Source: a bacterium
GTDB taxonomy: Bacteria > Bacteroidota > Bacteroidia > Bacteroidales > FEN-979
Length of the DNA stretch: 64,000 nucleotides
Direction: 5' to 3'
Assembly: GCA_037141055.1 (NCBI GenBank)
Contig: JBAXDH010000002.1
Span: 17,057 to 81,056 of the forward strand
Positions 27,666-37,313 of the stretch are shown here, in pieces (position 1 is the stretch's first letter; each line of letters begins with the position of its first letter). A model generated the notes under the pieces. That model saw nothing but the letters and a program-made list of their open reading frames with translations, was not told the DNA's origin and did not search any database. A program made the position numbers and the translations under genes.

Positions 27666-27745
27666 GGAAATTTAAATTTCAAAAATGTGTTGCAGGATTC
27701 TGCTTACCTTTGAATCCTTTTTCAAAAACAAAAATACAGATTTTA

Positions 27746-28339
27746 ATGATTAAAACCCTTTGTGTTTTCTGCGGTTCAAGTGTCGGACGACAGCCGCTGT
27801 ATTCGCATCATGCCGTTAAACTTGCCGAACACCTCCTTGCCGAAAAAATAACCCTGGTATACGGGGGAGCCAATGTCGGGCTGATGGGAATTCTTGCCGA
27901 TACGATGCTGGCCGGCGGCGGAAAAGTAATCGGGGTTATGCCCAAATCGCTTGTTGCACGCGAGGTTGCCCATGAGAACCTGACCGAAATGCACATCGTC
28001 GACGGGATGCAGGAACGCAAGGCACTGATGGCGAATCTGTCGGATGCTTTTGCCGCGCTTCCCGGTGCCTACGGAACACTCGACGAACTCTTCGAGGTAC
28101 TTACCTGGAACCAGCTCGGCATCATCAATAAACCCATCGGGTTGCTGAACATCGACAATTTTTTCAACCCCATGCTGCAGATGCTCGATCATATGGTGGC
28201 TGAAAAGTTCCTTCGCCCGGAACATCGCAGCATGCTGCTCTGCGGAAATGACTTTGCCGAATTGCTGAAGGAACTTGAGGAATACCGGCCTGTTGCTGCG
28301 GAGAAGTGGATTGAACGGTTGAAAGCCGGGGCAATTTAA
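27746..28339 (+). CDS. LOG-family (TIGR00730) nucleotide 5'-monophosphate nucleosidase
   Basis: The ORF-track start at 27632 is a TTG inside repeat 27630-27665. ATG 27746 gives MIKTLCVFCGSS. YGGANVGLMG and PGAYGTLDEL motifs are diagnostic of LOG proteins. Confidence 0.85.
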   Translation: MIKTLCVFCGSSVGRQPLYSHHAVKLAEHLLAEKITLVYGGANVGLMGILADTMLAGGGKVIGVMPKSLVAREVAHENLTEMHIVDGMQERKALMANLSDAFAALPGAYGTLDELFEVLTWNQLGIINKPIGLLNIDNFFNPMLQMLDHMVAEKFLRPEHRSMLLCGNDFAELLKELEEYRPVAAEKWIERLKAGAI

Positions 28340-28387
28340 TGCCAGCAATGCAAACAATGCAAGCAATGCAGACAATGCAGGAAATGG
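28340..28387. repeat. Nonamer tandem array TGCARNCAA x5
   Basis: tgccagcaa tgcaaacaa tgcaagcaa tgcagacaa tgcaggaaa tgg, starting immediately after the LOG stop codon (28337-28339). Confidence 0.9.
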
Positions 28388-28402
28388 TTTGGTTAGATTC
28401 TT

Positions 28403-28443
28403 TTTGATTTTTACAATTTGATTTTGCAATTTGATTTTTTGAT
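28403..28443 (+). promoter_or_regulatory. AT-rich TTTGATTTT(T)RCAA repeat abutting the kinase-like gene start
   Basis: tttgatttttacaa tttgattttgcaa tttgattttttgat is followed directly by ATG 28444. Its composition and position resemble 16713-16752. Confidence 0.45.
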
Positions 28444-29001
28444 ATGATTATCATCGGAATTACAGGAACGCTTGGCGCAGGAAAGGGGACGGTGGTTGAA
28501 TACCTTGTCGAAAAAAAAGGATTTAACCATTATTCGGTGCGATCCTACCTGCTTAAAGAAATCAACCGTCGCGGAATGCCGGAAAACCGCGACAGCATGG
28601 TGACGGTGGCGAATGAATTGCGCGCCCTTCACGGGCCGTCGTTTGTTACGGATCGGTTGTATGATGAGGCTGCACTTGTCGGGAAAGACTGCATTATTGA
28701 AAGCATCCGCACACCAGGGGAGATTGATTCGCTGCGGGGGAAAGGCGATTTTTTTCTTTTTGCCGTGGATGCTGACGCCCGCCTGAGATATGAACGTATT
28801 GTGGAACGGTCGTCGGAAACCGATAACGTTTCATTCAGCACCTTCATTGAAAATGAAACCCGGGAAATGAGCACCGCCGATCCGAATAAGCAGAATCTCC
28901 AGGCATGCATCAGGCAGGCCGATTTCGTCCTGAACAACGACGGCTCAAAGGCGGACCTCTTCCGTAACGTTGAAAAAGTCCTGGAAAAGATTACCGGGTA
29001 A
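28444..29001 (+). CDS. P-loop nucleoside/nucleotide kinase-like protein (dephospho-CoA kinase-like fold)
   Basis: 185-aa ORF with N-terminal P-loop IGITGTLGAGKGT. Its size and layout resemble small NMP/CoaE-like kinases. The substrate is unknown. Confidence 0.6.
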   Translation: MIIIGITGTLGAGKGTVVEYLVEKKGFNHYSVRSYLLKEINRRGMPENRDSMVTVANELRALHGPSFVTDRLYDEAALVGKDCIIESIRTPGEIDSLRGKGDFFLFAVDADARLRYERIVERSSETDNVSFSTFIENETREMSTADPNKQNLQACIRQADFVLNNDGSKADLFRNVEKVLEKITG

Positions 29002-31846
29002 TCGTCAGTTTTCTGACCGCCGTGCCGTCCTTACCTTTAATTTTGAACGTATAGGTTCCGGGAACAAGTTTTGAAAGATCGGCTCCGAATTCCGCCTCCC
29101 CGCCCACCTGCCTGGAAAAAACAACCCTTCCGGCCGGGTCAACCAGTGTTATTTCCTGCAAATGGTCGCTTCCCCGTTCGTCGATGATCCTGCAGAAATC
29201 CCTGGCCGGGTTTGGATAAATGCGGATTTTCCCCGCAGCATTTTCCTCAACCGAGATGTTGGAAGCATCCTGGATCAGGGTGACTGTCAGGGATTGTACG
29301 CCCGGGGCAGACACCCTGATGTTCGCAGTCCGTTTGCTGTATAGCTTGTTCTCCGTATACGTCCCGGTGATTATCCCGTCGCCGGGACCCGATGGCGTTA
29401 CGGTGCACCACGAAGGAGTATCACTGGTGGCAGTCCAGGCAGCCGGGCAGATTAGCGAAAACGTTGTTTCGCCGGCCGACATAGTTACATTCCTGGTTAC
29501 CGGCGAGATGGTCATGGTTTGCAGGGGAGTGCCGGAAACCTCGATATCATCGATGCAAACCCCGAGGGCCCACCTGGCATTTCCGCAGAATCCCAGCTGG
29601 ATTTCGCTTATGCCGATCGGAAGCGCGATCGTTTGCTCCTTCCAGGATGAGATTGACTGGGTGAAATTCTTTAACAGCACCCACGGGAGGCCGGGGTTGG
29701 TCCGGTAAAGCACTTTCAACTCATCCTGCCTCGATCCCCATTTTTGCATGAACATCCAGAATGTCAGCCGGATATCGGCATAGCCCGACAAATCCATCAT
29801 TGGTGTTATCAGGGTGTTATAGTCGGCGACCGTTGTGGCATCAACCAGGCAGGCATTCCGTTCGCCGGTATGGGCGGTTGCAGGATATCCGTATGGACTT
29901 CCCAGGCTGTTTCCGGCAACAAATTGCCAGGCCGGGTCCGGGTTGTCTTCATACCAGCAGCCGGGCCGATCAGCACTGTTTTCAAAACCTTCGGTATACG
30001 GAAGGCATACAATCACAGGGCAGAGTGTTACCGCTTCGCGAATCATCCCGGGAGAATATGAGTTCCCGGGCAGGACGGACCATGCTTTGTAGAAATACCG
30101 CTTATCTGACAACAGGCCTGAATGAACTGAACTTGTATCGGACCCGGAATAAATGATGTGGCCTCCTCCGGCGATTGAGCTTCCCGGGGAATAAATTGTG
30201 CCATTTGCCGGCACTCCGAATTGATTGATCGTGTCCCAGGCAATCATCACCTTGCTGCCTGCCTGGTTTTTCTGCCACCTTAACAGCACCTGTGAGATGC
30301 TTGTCGAAATAGCCGAAAACCTGGCCGGGTCGTTCAGGTTGATCACATTGACCGTGAACGAGATGGTGGAATCTGCCGCTGTTATGTTAAAAATTTCCAA
30401 TCCCCCCGCAGAACCATCCTGGAGAAACGGGGTCGGGTTGGTCTGACCGTTTATTTTCGTTCTGTGTATTCCTGCCGAAAAATAGGCGCTGCCGGGCGTT
30501 CCGTTGGTGGTGCGGGTTCCTCCGGGCCTGTATATATAAACTTCATCCGGAGGGCCGCTTGCATTCCCGCCAACCGATGGGTCAATGCGGTAAACAAGCA
30601 ATCCTGAACCCGGAACCGAGGACTCGTAATTCCCCGTTTTCCTGCGGTACTCCACTACGAAATACTGGCTGGAAGAGTACGGGGAAGCAATCGTATAACT
30701 GTTGTTTGTGGCGGAAGACAAAGGGTGCAGGGTGTAGGTGCCCGATGTCGTAATGGCAGGCATGGAAGCGATCCACGAATTCCCGGTGTACTTCCATTTC
30801 ATATAGGCACCCATGTGGCCGCTTCCGTTTTCCATCAGATCCCAGTCGCCGACCGGGGCGAACCCGTCGCTGGAATAATGGTACAAATCCGGAGATCCGA
30901 GGGCGTGAAACATTTCATGGCACAGTGTGGTGACGTCAACCTGGGTTTCAGGCTGAAAAGTGTAATCGTAGACCCGTTTCCCGTTGATGTACACATACTC
31001 GGTATAAAGCGACCACCGGTGTGCCCACAGCAATTCCGCCCATGCGTCGTTTCCTCCCCTGATAATGAAGCAGACATTGTCCACATTCCCGTCAGTATCC
31101 CCGTCAATGTTCAATCCGGCAGGCACAGGGGAATTGGCATTAATCCATGTGATTGCATCCTTCAGCAGGGTATGTTCCCTCTGGGTCCGCTGCGAATCGC
31201 CATAATACCCGGCAGGATTGGTCGTTGCGTTGTAGGGCTGGAAATAATTCCTGTCATGCGCATCTTTGTATGAATAATTCGTGGTCATCAGGCATTCGGG
31301 ATAATGCGTGCTGTTGAGCGTAAATGTTGTATACGATACCTCGGTGTAATACGATTTCAACGACTTTCCGGAAACCGCGTTAAATTTATTGTCATACAGC
31401 TGTCGGGTTGTGGTAAACTCGGGGTCGTTGTTGAACCGGATATAAACAACCAGGTTGTTCATGGTGCCGGTATGGGGAGCTTTGACGGACTGATCGGTAT
31501 TATTCGTATAGAATGCTTTTCGCTCATTGTAGCTGGCCAGGGAGATTTTTGCCCATTTTGCCAATCCTGCCCCGGCCGGATCAGCCTGATCTGCCCGCAG
31601 GGTAGTGGGAATAACCATGTCTCCGCTTGCCACACCCCAGTAAAAATAACCGTCATTCCCCTGGATGATGGTGTACCCCTCCCGGTTGTGCAACCAGTTG
31701 AAATACTCATCCCCCGAAACAAAGCAATTTATAACAGCACCATCAGGTTGACTGACGGTGTGGGGAAGAAAACTGAACCTGGCTGCCCCGGCAGGCAATG
31801 CATTCAGGAGCAGCAGGAAGAACAGGAAGGCAAATTTTAATTTCAT
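28991..31846 (-). CDS. M6-family (immune inhibitor A-like) zinc metalloprotease with BACON-like domain and T9SS C-terminal domain
   Basis: 951-aa ORF with a signal peptide and zinc motif LCHEMFHALGSPDLY (HExxH). One BACON-like module lies at ~29267-29524 (SWCTVTPSGPGDGIITGTYTEN). CTD (RIYPNPARDFCRI...GTYTFKI). Confidence 0.8.
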   Translation of the reverse strand: MKLKFAFLFFLLLLNALPAGAARFSFLPHTVSQPDGAVINCFVSGDEYFNWLHNREGYTIIQGNDGYFYWGVASGDMVIPTTLRADQADPAGAGLAKWAKISLASYNERKAFYTNNTDQSVKAPHTGTMNNLVVYIRFNNDPEFTTTRQLYDNKFNAVSGKSLKSYYTEVSYTTFTLNSTHYPECLMTTNYSYKDAHDRNYFQPYNATTNPAGYYGDSQRTQREHTLLKDAITWINANSPVPAGLNIDGDTDGNVDNVCFIIRGGNDAWAELLWAHRWSLYTEYVYINGKRVYDYTFQPETQVDVTTLCHEMFHALGSPDLYHYSSDGFAPVGDWDLMENGSGHMGAYMKWKYTGNSWIASMPAITTSGTYTLHPLSSATNNSYTIASPYSSSQYFVVEYRRKTGNYESSVPGSGLLVYRIDPSVGGNASGPPDEVYIYRPGGTRTTNGTPGSAYFSAGIHRTKINGQTNPTPFLQDGSAGGLEIFNITAADSTISFTVNVINLNDPARFSAISTSISQVLLRWQKNQAGSKVMIAWDTINQFGVPANGTIYSPGSSIAGGGHIIYSGSDTSSVHSGLLSDKRYFYKAWSVLPGNSYSPGMIREAVTLCPVIVCLPYTEGFENSADRPGCWYEDNPDPAWQFVAGNSLGSPYGYPATAHTGERNACLVDATTVADYNTLITPMMDLSGYADIRLTFWMFMQKWGSRQDELKVLYRTNPGLPWVLLKNFTQSISSWKEQTIALPIGISEIQLGFCGNARWALGVCIDDIEVSGTPLQTMTISPVTRNVTMSAGETTFSLICPAAWTATSDTPSWCTVTPSGPGDGIITGTYTENKLYSKRTANIRVSAPGVQSLTVTLIQDASNISVEENAAGKIRIYPNPARDFCRIIDERGSDHLQEITLVDPAGRVVFSRQVGGEAEFGADLSKLVPGTYTFKIKGKDGTAVRKLTITR

Positions 31847-31899
31847 AAAGCAGTATTTTCAGTGATTGGTGTGAATATCCGATGGGTTGATCATTTTAA

Positions 31900-34800
31900 T
31901 TACCTGATAACGCTGAGTTTCCTGCTCAGCGTCCCTCCTTCTGTACTGATCCTGACAAAGTAAAAACCAACGGGAAGTGCAGAAATATCAAAGATACAGT
32001 CATTGTTGAGCGTGCAGTTTTTTTCACTGACTGTTTTGCCTGTCAAATCCATCACCGTTACCTTCAGCAACCCGGAAACATTCCCGGATGCGATGATCCT
32101 GAACTTCCCTGCAGTGGGGTTCGGGTACAGCCTCATCGCGTCGTAATCCCGCTCAGCCACTGAAACCAGCGACTGTGTCTGCGATAAGGTCACAACCTGA
32201 GGCGCCAGCCCTGCGACGGCAACTGAAATTGCTGCCACCCGCGTGAAATAATATGGATTTTCCGGATAGCTGGCGAGGATCGTGCCATTGCCGCTGCCCG
32301 AGGGCGTTACAATACACCAGGCCGAGTCGGCGACGACAGTCCAATCGGTGTTGGAGGTTATCGTAAAGTCTGTCATCCCCGCAGCCGGTGAAACGATTCG
32401 ACTGGCAGGAGTTACCCCAAGTGTGGGCATGACTCCCGATTGAGTGACAGTTACCACAGACGACGGAGCACCGCTGGCCGACACTGTAATGCTGGCTATC
32501 CGCTGGTTTACCGACACGTTTTCGGTGTAGATTGCATTCAGGGTTCCTGGGCCAAAGCCCGAGGAGTTTACGGTACACCAGCCGGCATCGCTCAATGCCA
32601 GCCAGCTTGTGTTTGAGGTAACCGAAAAAGAGGTAAATCCTGAAGGTGCCGTGACATCCTGGTTTTGAGGAGACACGCCAAGTGATGGCAAGGCTCCATC
32701 CTGTGTTACAGTAACACTTACCGGCGGAAGGGTTGCCACGGTTACGGTAATTACTGCAACACGGCCTGCTATCCCTGTGTTTTGGGTATAATCTGAGAAG
32801 ATCGTTCCGGTGCCTGAGCCCGACGCTGTGACCGAACACCATGCTGCATTGCTAACGGCAGTCCACCCTGTGTTGGATGTTACTGAGAAATTTGTCGTCC
32901 CGGCTGAAAAGCCGACATTTTGATTTGGCGGCGTAACACTCAGCATGGCGGGTGCACCGGCCTGCGTAACAGTCACGACCTGGGGTGGCGGTCCGCCGGT
33001 GGGTGTTGCGGTAATGTTCGCAACGCGGGTGAAAATCCCGGGATTATCCGTGTAACTGGCCGTGATAGTCCCATTCCCCGAACCCGACGGGGTAACGGTA
33101 CACCAGGAAGCGTTGCTCGCGGCAGTCCATGAGATGGCTGCTGTTGCAGCAACACTGAAAGTTGTCAAACCAGCAGAATAAGCAACATTCTGATTGGCAG
33201 GCGTTACTGCAAAAGCAGAAAAGAGGTCCGACTGCCAGAGCCCCCGCCCGTAGGTGGCTGCCTTAATCCTGTTGTTTGACGGATTAGCCGCATCATAGAA
33301 TATTTCCAATTCCCTCACATCAATTAGCGGAAGACCCGTATTGAAGGCAATCCAGTCGCTCATGGTGGCATCTTTGTAAAACACATTGGTTTTATTACCG
33401 ATATACAGTCCTTCGTTGCTGTTTTTATCATAAACAACACAGTTGATATTTACAGATGGCAGTGTGCCGGAGATGTTTGTCCAGGTGGCACCTTTGTCGG
33501 TTGATTTGTACACCTTCGTGCCTGCCGTTGCGTAAACGATGTTCTGATCGGTGGGATGGGCCTCCAGGTCGGTGGGAGTGCCTCCGCCGGGCAAAGCGCA
33601 CGCCGTCCAGGTCGGGGTTGTAACGTTGGCATTGTCTGACCGCTTCAGGGAACCGCTCCTGACCACGTAAAGGATGTCGACGTTGGCCGGTGATTGCTCC
33701 AGCACGCTGCAGGTAGCCGTTTCTCCCGATGATAACTTAAGCCATGCAACCGAAGAAGCCGGGGAAGCTTTGACGTTGCTGCTTTTCCACACATTCAGAT
33801 ACCCGATGAACATGGTGGAAGGTATCGTTTCGTGAAGGATGAACGGCGTAACCCAGGCGCCGGCTTCGGTAATTCCGTTGCTTCCGTTTGCCGCAATGGT
33901 ACCGTAGCCTCCCCCGGCGGAACGGAAAATATTGCCATAATAGATTGACCCGTAGCGGTAAAGGGTATCGGAATAATCCACGATGCACTCCATACCGTCG
34001 CCACCGATCACCGTGGTAAAGTTCGCGCCCGTGTTTTTGGAGGTTCCGTTATCCTGGTAACCGTTCATGCACAGCGTTTGCTTGGTGGCACTCTGGCCGA
34101 TGCGGTAAACCTGGGCAATGGCAAGGCCCGAAGAAATGTCTGTCCAGTTTGTGCCCCCGTTGGATGTTTTGTAAACACCACCGTCGCAGCAGGTAAACAG
34201 GGATCCGCTGGCAGGCGACCATTCCAGGCAATGAATATCGGCATGAACCGAGGGAGCGCACGACGTTCCCCACGAACTGCCTACCCAGTGGGTGCTGATG
34301 GTCCAGGAAACACCGGCATTGACAGATTTCCATATGTTCACGCCTCCCACATACAGCGTATTCGCATTGGCAGGATCAACCGCAATGCAGAGGTCGTACC
34401 ATGCCTGACTTGCAGTTCCGCTGCCGTCGCAGGCATAATCCATGATGTTCGGCGAAGTGGACTGGGTTGTAAAATTCAATCCGCTGTCGGTAGAGCGCAA
34501 CAGCCCGGCGAACGGGCCGTTGGTAACGCAGGCGTAAACCGTGGCCGGCTGGTTTGGGCTCAAGCCGATCACAAGCCTGTTGCCGGTAATGATCCCCGCA
34601 GTAATCTGTGTCCAGGAATCCCCGGTGTTTGTGGAGCGGTAAAATTTCCCGCCTTCCGTTGCATAAACGATGGCGGGGTCGCCCGGTTTGAAACGGATGT
34701 CCTTGTAGCTGCTGGTATTGGATGATTTCCGCACCCAGGTTGCGCCTCCGTCTGTCGACTTGAAAATGCCCCCGCTGGTGGCTGCCAGAATAATGTTCGG

Positions 34801-35532
34801 ATCTGCCGGATGCATCATCATCATTCCAACCGTCAGGTTTCCCATTCCGGTGCTCGAAGCCGTCCATGTCAATCCCCCGTCGGTGCTTTTGTAAACGCCC
34901 ATGCCCGGAGAATCGCCGCCATCGCGGTCGCCGGTGCCGATCAGTATCAGGTTGGGGTTTGCCGGGTGAAGGAGTATGGAAGAAACCCCTGGCGTTGGCG
35001 CGCCCGTGGTGAGCACATTCCAGGTAGCAGCCCCATCGGTAGTCATCCAAAGACCGCCCGAAGGCGAACCGATATATATGGTATTCGGGTTGGTGGCATG
35101 AAAACAGATGCCGTTGATCCTGCCCAGCCCGTTCGGCTGGCCTGTCGCGTTTCCCGGTGAGTTTACAGGCCCCACCTGGTTCCAGTTCCCGGTGGCCGAC
35201 GTGGTGGCATCATGGGATGACAGATACTTTTCATATTCAATTATCGGTTGGCCCGGGGGAGGCAGTTTTCCATCGGGCTGAACGCAATCCTGGTTTATAT
35301 ATTCCCAGCGCCTGAAAACTTTCCATCCGTTATGGCGGAAATTTTCCCGCCCTTCCCAGTACTTTTCAAAAGCGCGCTGCGTATCCCTGAAACGCGCGCC
35401 GGGATCCTGCATCATCTGGATCCAGTATGGGTACCGGGCAGTATCGCCCGTTGCCGGATCAGGCAAAAACTGGGCTTGAATTGCAACGGAAAGTAAGAAC
35501 GAAAACAGGGCGGATAAGGTCAGTTTCAACAT
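31900..35532 (-). CDS. Secreted Asp-box (BNR/sortilin-like) beta-propeller protein with four tandem BACON-like domains and T9SS C-terminal domain
   Basis: 1210-aa ORF with at least 8 Asp-box motifs (STDGGLTW, STDGGATW, STNTGDSW, TSNGGTNW, STDKGATW ...), four 87-aa repeats and a CTD (RLYPNPTAGKFRI...GFYFVRI). Confidence 0.75.
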   Translation of the reverse strand: MLKLTLSALFSFLLSVAIQAQFLPDPATGDTARYPYWIQMMQDPGARFRDTQRAFEKYWEGRENFRHNGWKVFRRWEYINQDCVQPDGKLPPPGQPIIEYEKYLSSHDATTSATGNWNQVGPVNSPGNATGQPNGLGRINGICFHATNPNTIYIGSPSGGLWMTTDGAATWNVLTTGAPTPGVSSILLHPANPNLILIGTGDRDGGDSPGMGVYKSTDGGLTWTASSTGMGNLTVGMMMMHPADPNIILAATSGGIFKSTDGGATWVRKSSNTSSYKDIRFKPGDPAIVYATEGGKFYRSTNTGDSWTQITAGIITGNRLVIGLSPNQPATVYACVTNGPFAGLLRSTDSGLNFTTQSTSPNIMDYACDGSGTASQAWYDLCIAVDPANANTLYVGGVNIWKSVNAGVSWTISTHWVGSSWGTSCAPSVHADIHCLEWSPASGSLFTCCDGGVYKTSNGGTNWTDISSGLAIAQVYRIGQSATKQTLCMNGYQDNGTSKNTGANFTTVIGGDGMECIVDYSDTLYRYGSIYYGNIFRSAGGGYGTIAANGSNGITEAGAWVTPFILHETIPSTMFIGYLNVWKSSNVKASPASSVAWLKLSSGETATCSVLEQSPANVDILYVVRSGSLKRSDNANVTTPTWTACALPGGGTPTDLEAHPTDQNIVYATAGTKVYKSTDKGATWTNISGTLPSVNINCVVYDKNSNEGLYIGNKTNVFYKDATMSDWIAFNTGLPLIDVRELEIFYDAANPSNNRIKAATYGRGLWQSDLFSAFAVTPANQNVAYSAGLTTFSVAATAAISWTAASNASWCTVTPSGSGNGTITASYTDNPGIFTRVANITATPTGGPPPQVVTVTQAGAPAMLSVTPPNQNVGFSAGTTNFSVTSNTGWTAVSNAAWCSVTASGSGTGTIFSDYTQNTGIAGRVAVITVTVATLPPVSVTVTQDGALPSLGVSPQNQDVTAPSGFTSFSVTSNTSWLALSDAGWCTVNSSGFGPGTLNAIYTENVSVNQRIASITVSASGAPSSVVTVTQSGVMPTLGVTPASRIVSPAAGMTDFTITSNTDWTVVADSAWCIVTPSGSGNGTILASYPENPYYFTRVAAISVAVAGLAPQVVTLSQTQSLVSVAERDYDAMRLYPNPTAGKFRIIASGNVSGLLKVTVMDLTGKTVSEKNCTLNNDCIFDISALPVGFYFVRISTEGGTLSRKLSVIR
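32173..33216 (-). repeat. Four tandem 261-bp coding repeats (BACON-like Ig domains) inside the propeller protein gene
   Basis: Four consecutive 87-aa units share the frame V(T/S)P..Q.V....G.T.F.V.SNT.W.A.S...WC.VT.SG.G.GT....Y..N.....R.A.ITV......VVTVTQ.G. Boundaries were counted from the stop codon. Confidence 0.85.
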
Positions 35533-35692
35533 GGGCTGGTGCGATTTCGTATCAGGATTTCATGCTATAAAGATACACAAATGAATGTCAGGTTGCCTGT
35601 TGCACAGGGTAAAATGATTTCCGGGTTGACCTGCCGGAAAAATCAGATTGAAATGATTTGTACCTTTACGAAATTATCCCAAAAGCCCTCAC

Positions 35693-36184
35693 ATGGATTC
35701 AGAAAAATATAAGCGCCCGTCGTGGGACCAGTATTTCATGCAAATCGCCCAGACCGTTTCAGAACGAGCCACCTGCGACCGCGGCAGGAGCGGATGCGTT
35801 ATTGCACGCGACAAGCAGATCCTGGTTACGGGTTATGTTGGCTCGCCGCGCGGGCTGCCGCATTGCGACGAAGTAGGCCACCTGATGAAAAAAGTGCTGC
35901 ACGAAGACGATCGCGTCACCCAGCACTGCATGCGCACGGTTCATGCCGAGCAAAATGCCATCTGCCAGGCTGCACGGCTGGGAATTTCCCTGGCAAAATC
36001 AACCCTGTACTGCCGCATGACCCCCTGCCGGACCTGTGCCATGCTGATCATCAATTGCGGCATCGAGCGCGTTGTTTGCGAGCGGAAATACCATGATGCG
36101 AAAGAATCGGAAGAGATGTTCAGGCAGGCCGGAGTCCTGCTTGAATATGTGCACGATGAAGTTCAGCAATATGAGAAGCAGTAA
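35693..36184 (+). CDS. dCMP (deoxycytidylate) deaminase
   Basis: 163-aa ORF with zinc motifs HAEQNAI and PCRTCA and the N-terminal SWDQYFM block typical of ComEB/dCMP deaminases. Confidence 0.88.
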   Translation: MDSEKYKRPSWDQYFMQIAQTVSERATCDRGRSGCVIARDKQILVTGYVGSPRGLPHCDEVGHLMKKVLHEDDRVTQHCMRTVHAEQNAICQAARLGISLAKSTLYCRMTPCRTCAMLIINCGIERVVCERKYHDAKESEEMFRQAGVLLEYVHDEVQQYEKQ

Positions 36185-36204
36185 GGTTTCGTATAGAATC
36201 CTTC

Positions 36205-37290
36205 CTAGTAAATTGAAACTTCCTTTTCCCCCGTTGATTTCGCAAAACCCCTGAACATCGCATTGGTGTTGAACGGCATTGAGATGTTGCCTTCCTTGTC
36301 CACGGCAATGATGCCGCCCTCGGCTTTCAGGTTCTTTAATTTCTCCATGACGACTATCTTTGCTGCTTCTTCCAGCGGCATACCCCGGTATTCCATCATT
36401 GCGGATATGTCGAATGCAACAACGTTCCTGATGAAATACTCGCCGTGCCCGGTGGCCGAAACAGCGCAGGTATTGTTGTTTGCATAGGTTCCGGCACCGA
36501 TGATGGGAGAATCGCCAACGCGCCCGGCCAGTTTCCCTGTCATTCCCCCCGTTGATGTGGCGGCAGCCAGGTTGCCATTCTGGTCGAGAGCAACAGCGCC
36601 GACAGTGCCATGCTTTTCCTGTTCAGCCGGTTGCTTTTTGATCCCCGGTTGTGCGGCTGATTTCCATTTTTTCCATGCTTCCAGCCTTTCCGGGGTAATG
36701 AAATAAGACGGCTCCACCATTTGAAGGCCCGCTTTTTTTGCAAAATCATCGGCCCCTTTGCCAACCAGCATCACATGACTGGTCGTTTCCATCACTTTCC
36801 TGGCAGACGTTACCGGGTTTTTAACGACAGTGACCCCGGCTACGGCCCCGGCCATGCCTGTTTTTCCATCCATGATGGCCGCATCCAGTTCCGCCTTGCC
36901 GTTTTCGTTGAGCACGGCGCCAATTCCTGCGTTGAACATCGGGCAATCTTCCATGAATTTAACGGTTGCTTCAACCGCATCCAGGCTGCTGCCTCCGCCG
37001 GCCAGTATCCTGGATCCCAGCTGCAGGGCTTCATTCAGCTTTTCAAGATATGCTTTCTCCTTTTCTTCGGGCATGCTTCCTTTTGCGGGCCCTCCGGCGC
37101 CGCCATGAATCACAATCGTCCATTTCTGGCCGGAGCTGGCCACAGGGGCAGCCATGTCGGCCGATGTCGCAATCACCGGATTTACCTGTGCCATCACCGG
37201 CAAATACTGCAGTAAACCTGCCGCGAGAATGCCAAGCAGCATACAAAACCGGCGAACAATCAATTTTTGATACGTGTTGTGGTTTTTCAT
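36205..37290 (-). CDS. Isoaspartyl peptidase / L-asparaginase (Ntn hydrolase, asparaginase-2 family)
   Basis: The ORF runs to 37317, but ATG 37290 (MKNHNTYQK... followed by a signal-like segment) avoids overlap with the upstream gene. The autoprocessing site HGTVGAVALD and GDSPIIGAGTYA are family signatures. Confidence 0.85.
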   Translation of the reverse strand: MKNHNTYQKLIVRRFCMLLGILAAGLLQYLPVMAQVNPVIATSADMAAPVASSGQKWTIVIHGGAGGPAKGSMPEEKEKAYLEKLNEALQLGSRILAGGGSSLDAVEATVKFMEDCPMFNAGIGAVLNENGKAELDAAIMDGKTGMAGAVAGVTVVKNPVTSARKVMETTSHVMLVGKGADDFAKKAGLQMVEPSYFITPERLEAWKKWKSAAQPGIKKQPAEQEKHGTVGAVALDQNGNLAAATSTGGMTGKLAGRVGDSPIIGAGTYANNNTCAVSATGHGEYFIRNVVAFDISAMMEYRGMPLEEAAKIVVMEKLKNLKAEGGIIAVDKEGNISMPFNTNAMFRGFAKSTGEKEVSIY

Positions 37291-37313
37291 ACGAAAATTT
37301 AAAGGGTTCTGGA

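Noticed and set aside
27632-27745. A long N-terminal extension of the LOG gene (ORF-track start 27632). The same issue arises for 39944-40015 (NAD(P)H-binding gene) and 62845-62865 (sufC).
   Set aside because: For LOG and the NAD(P)H-binding gene, the extensions start inside or run through tandem repeat arrays. In all three cases, including the 7-codon sufC extension, the extension precedes the conserved family N-terminus (MIKTLCVFCGSS, MKIAVFGASG, MLLQIKNLHA). The downstream ATGs are preferred.
35610-35650. The palindrome tttccgg-N9-ccggaaa upstream of the dCMP deaminase gene, considered as an operator or terminator.
   Set aside because: The stem is short (7 bp), there is no U-tract, the spacer is divergent, and the sequence does not recur in the window.
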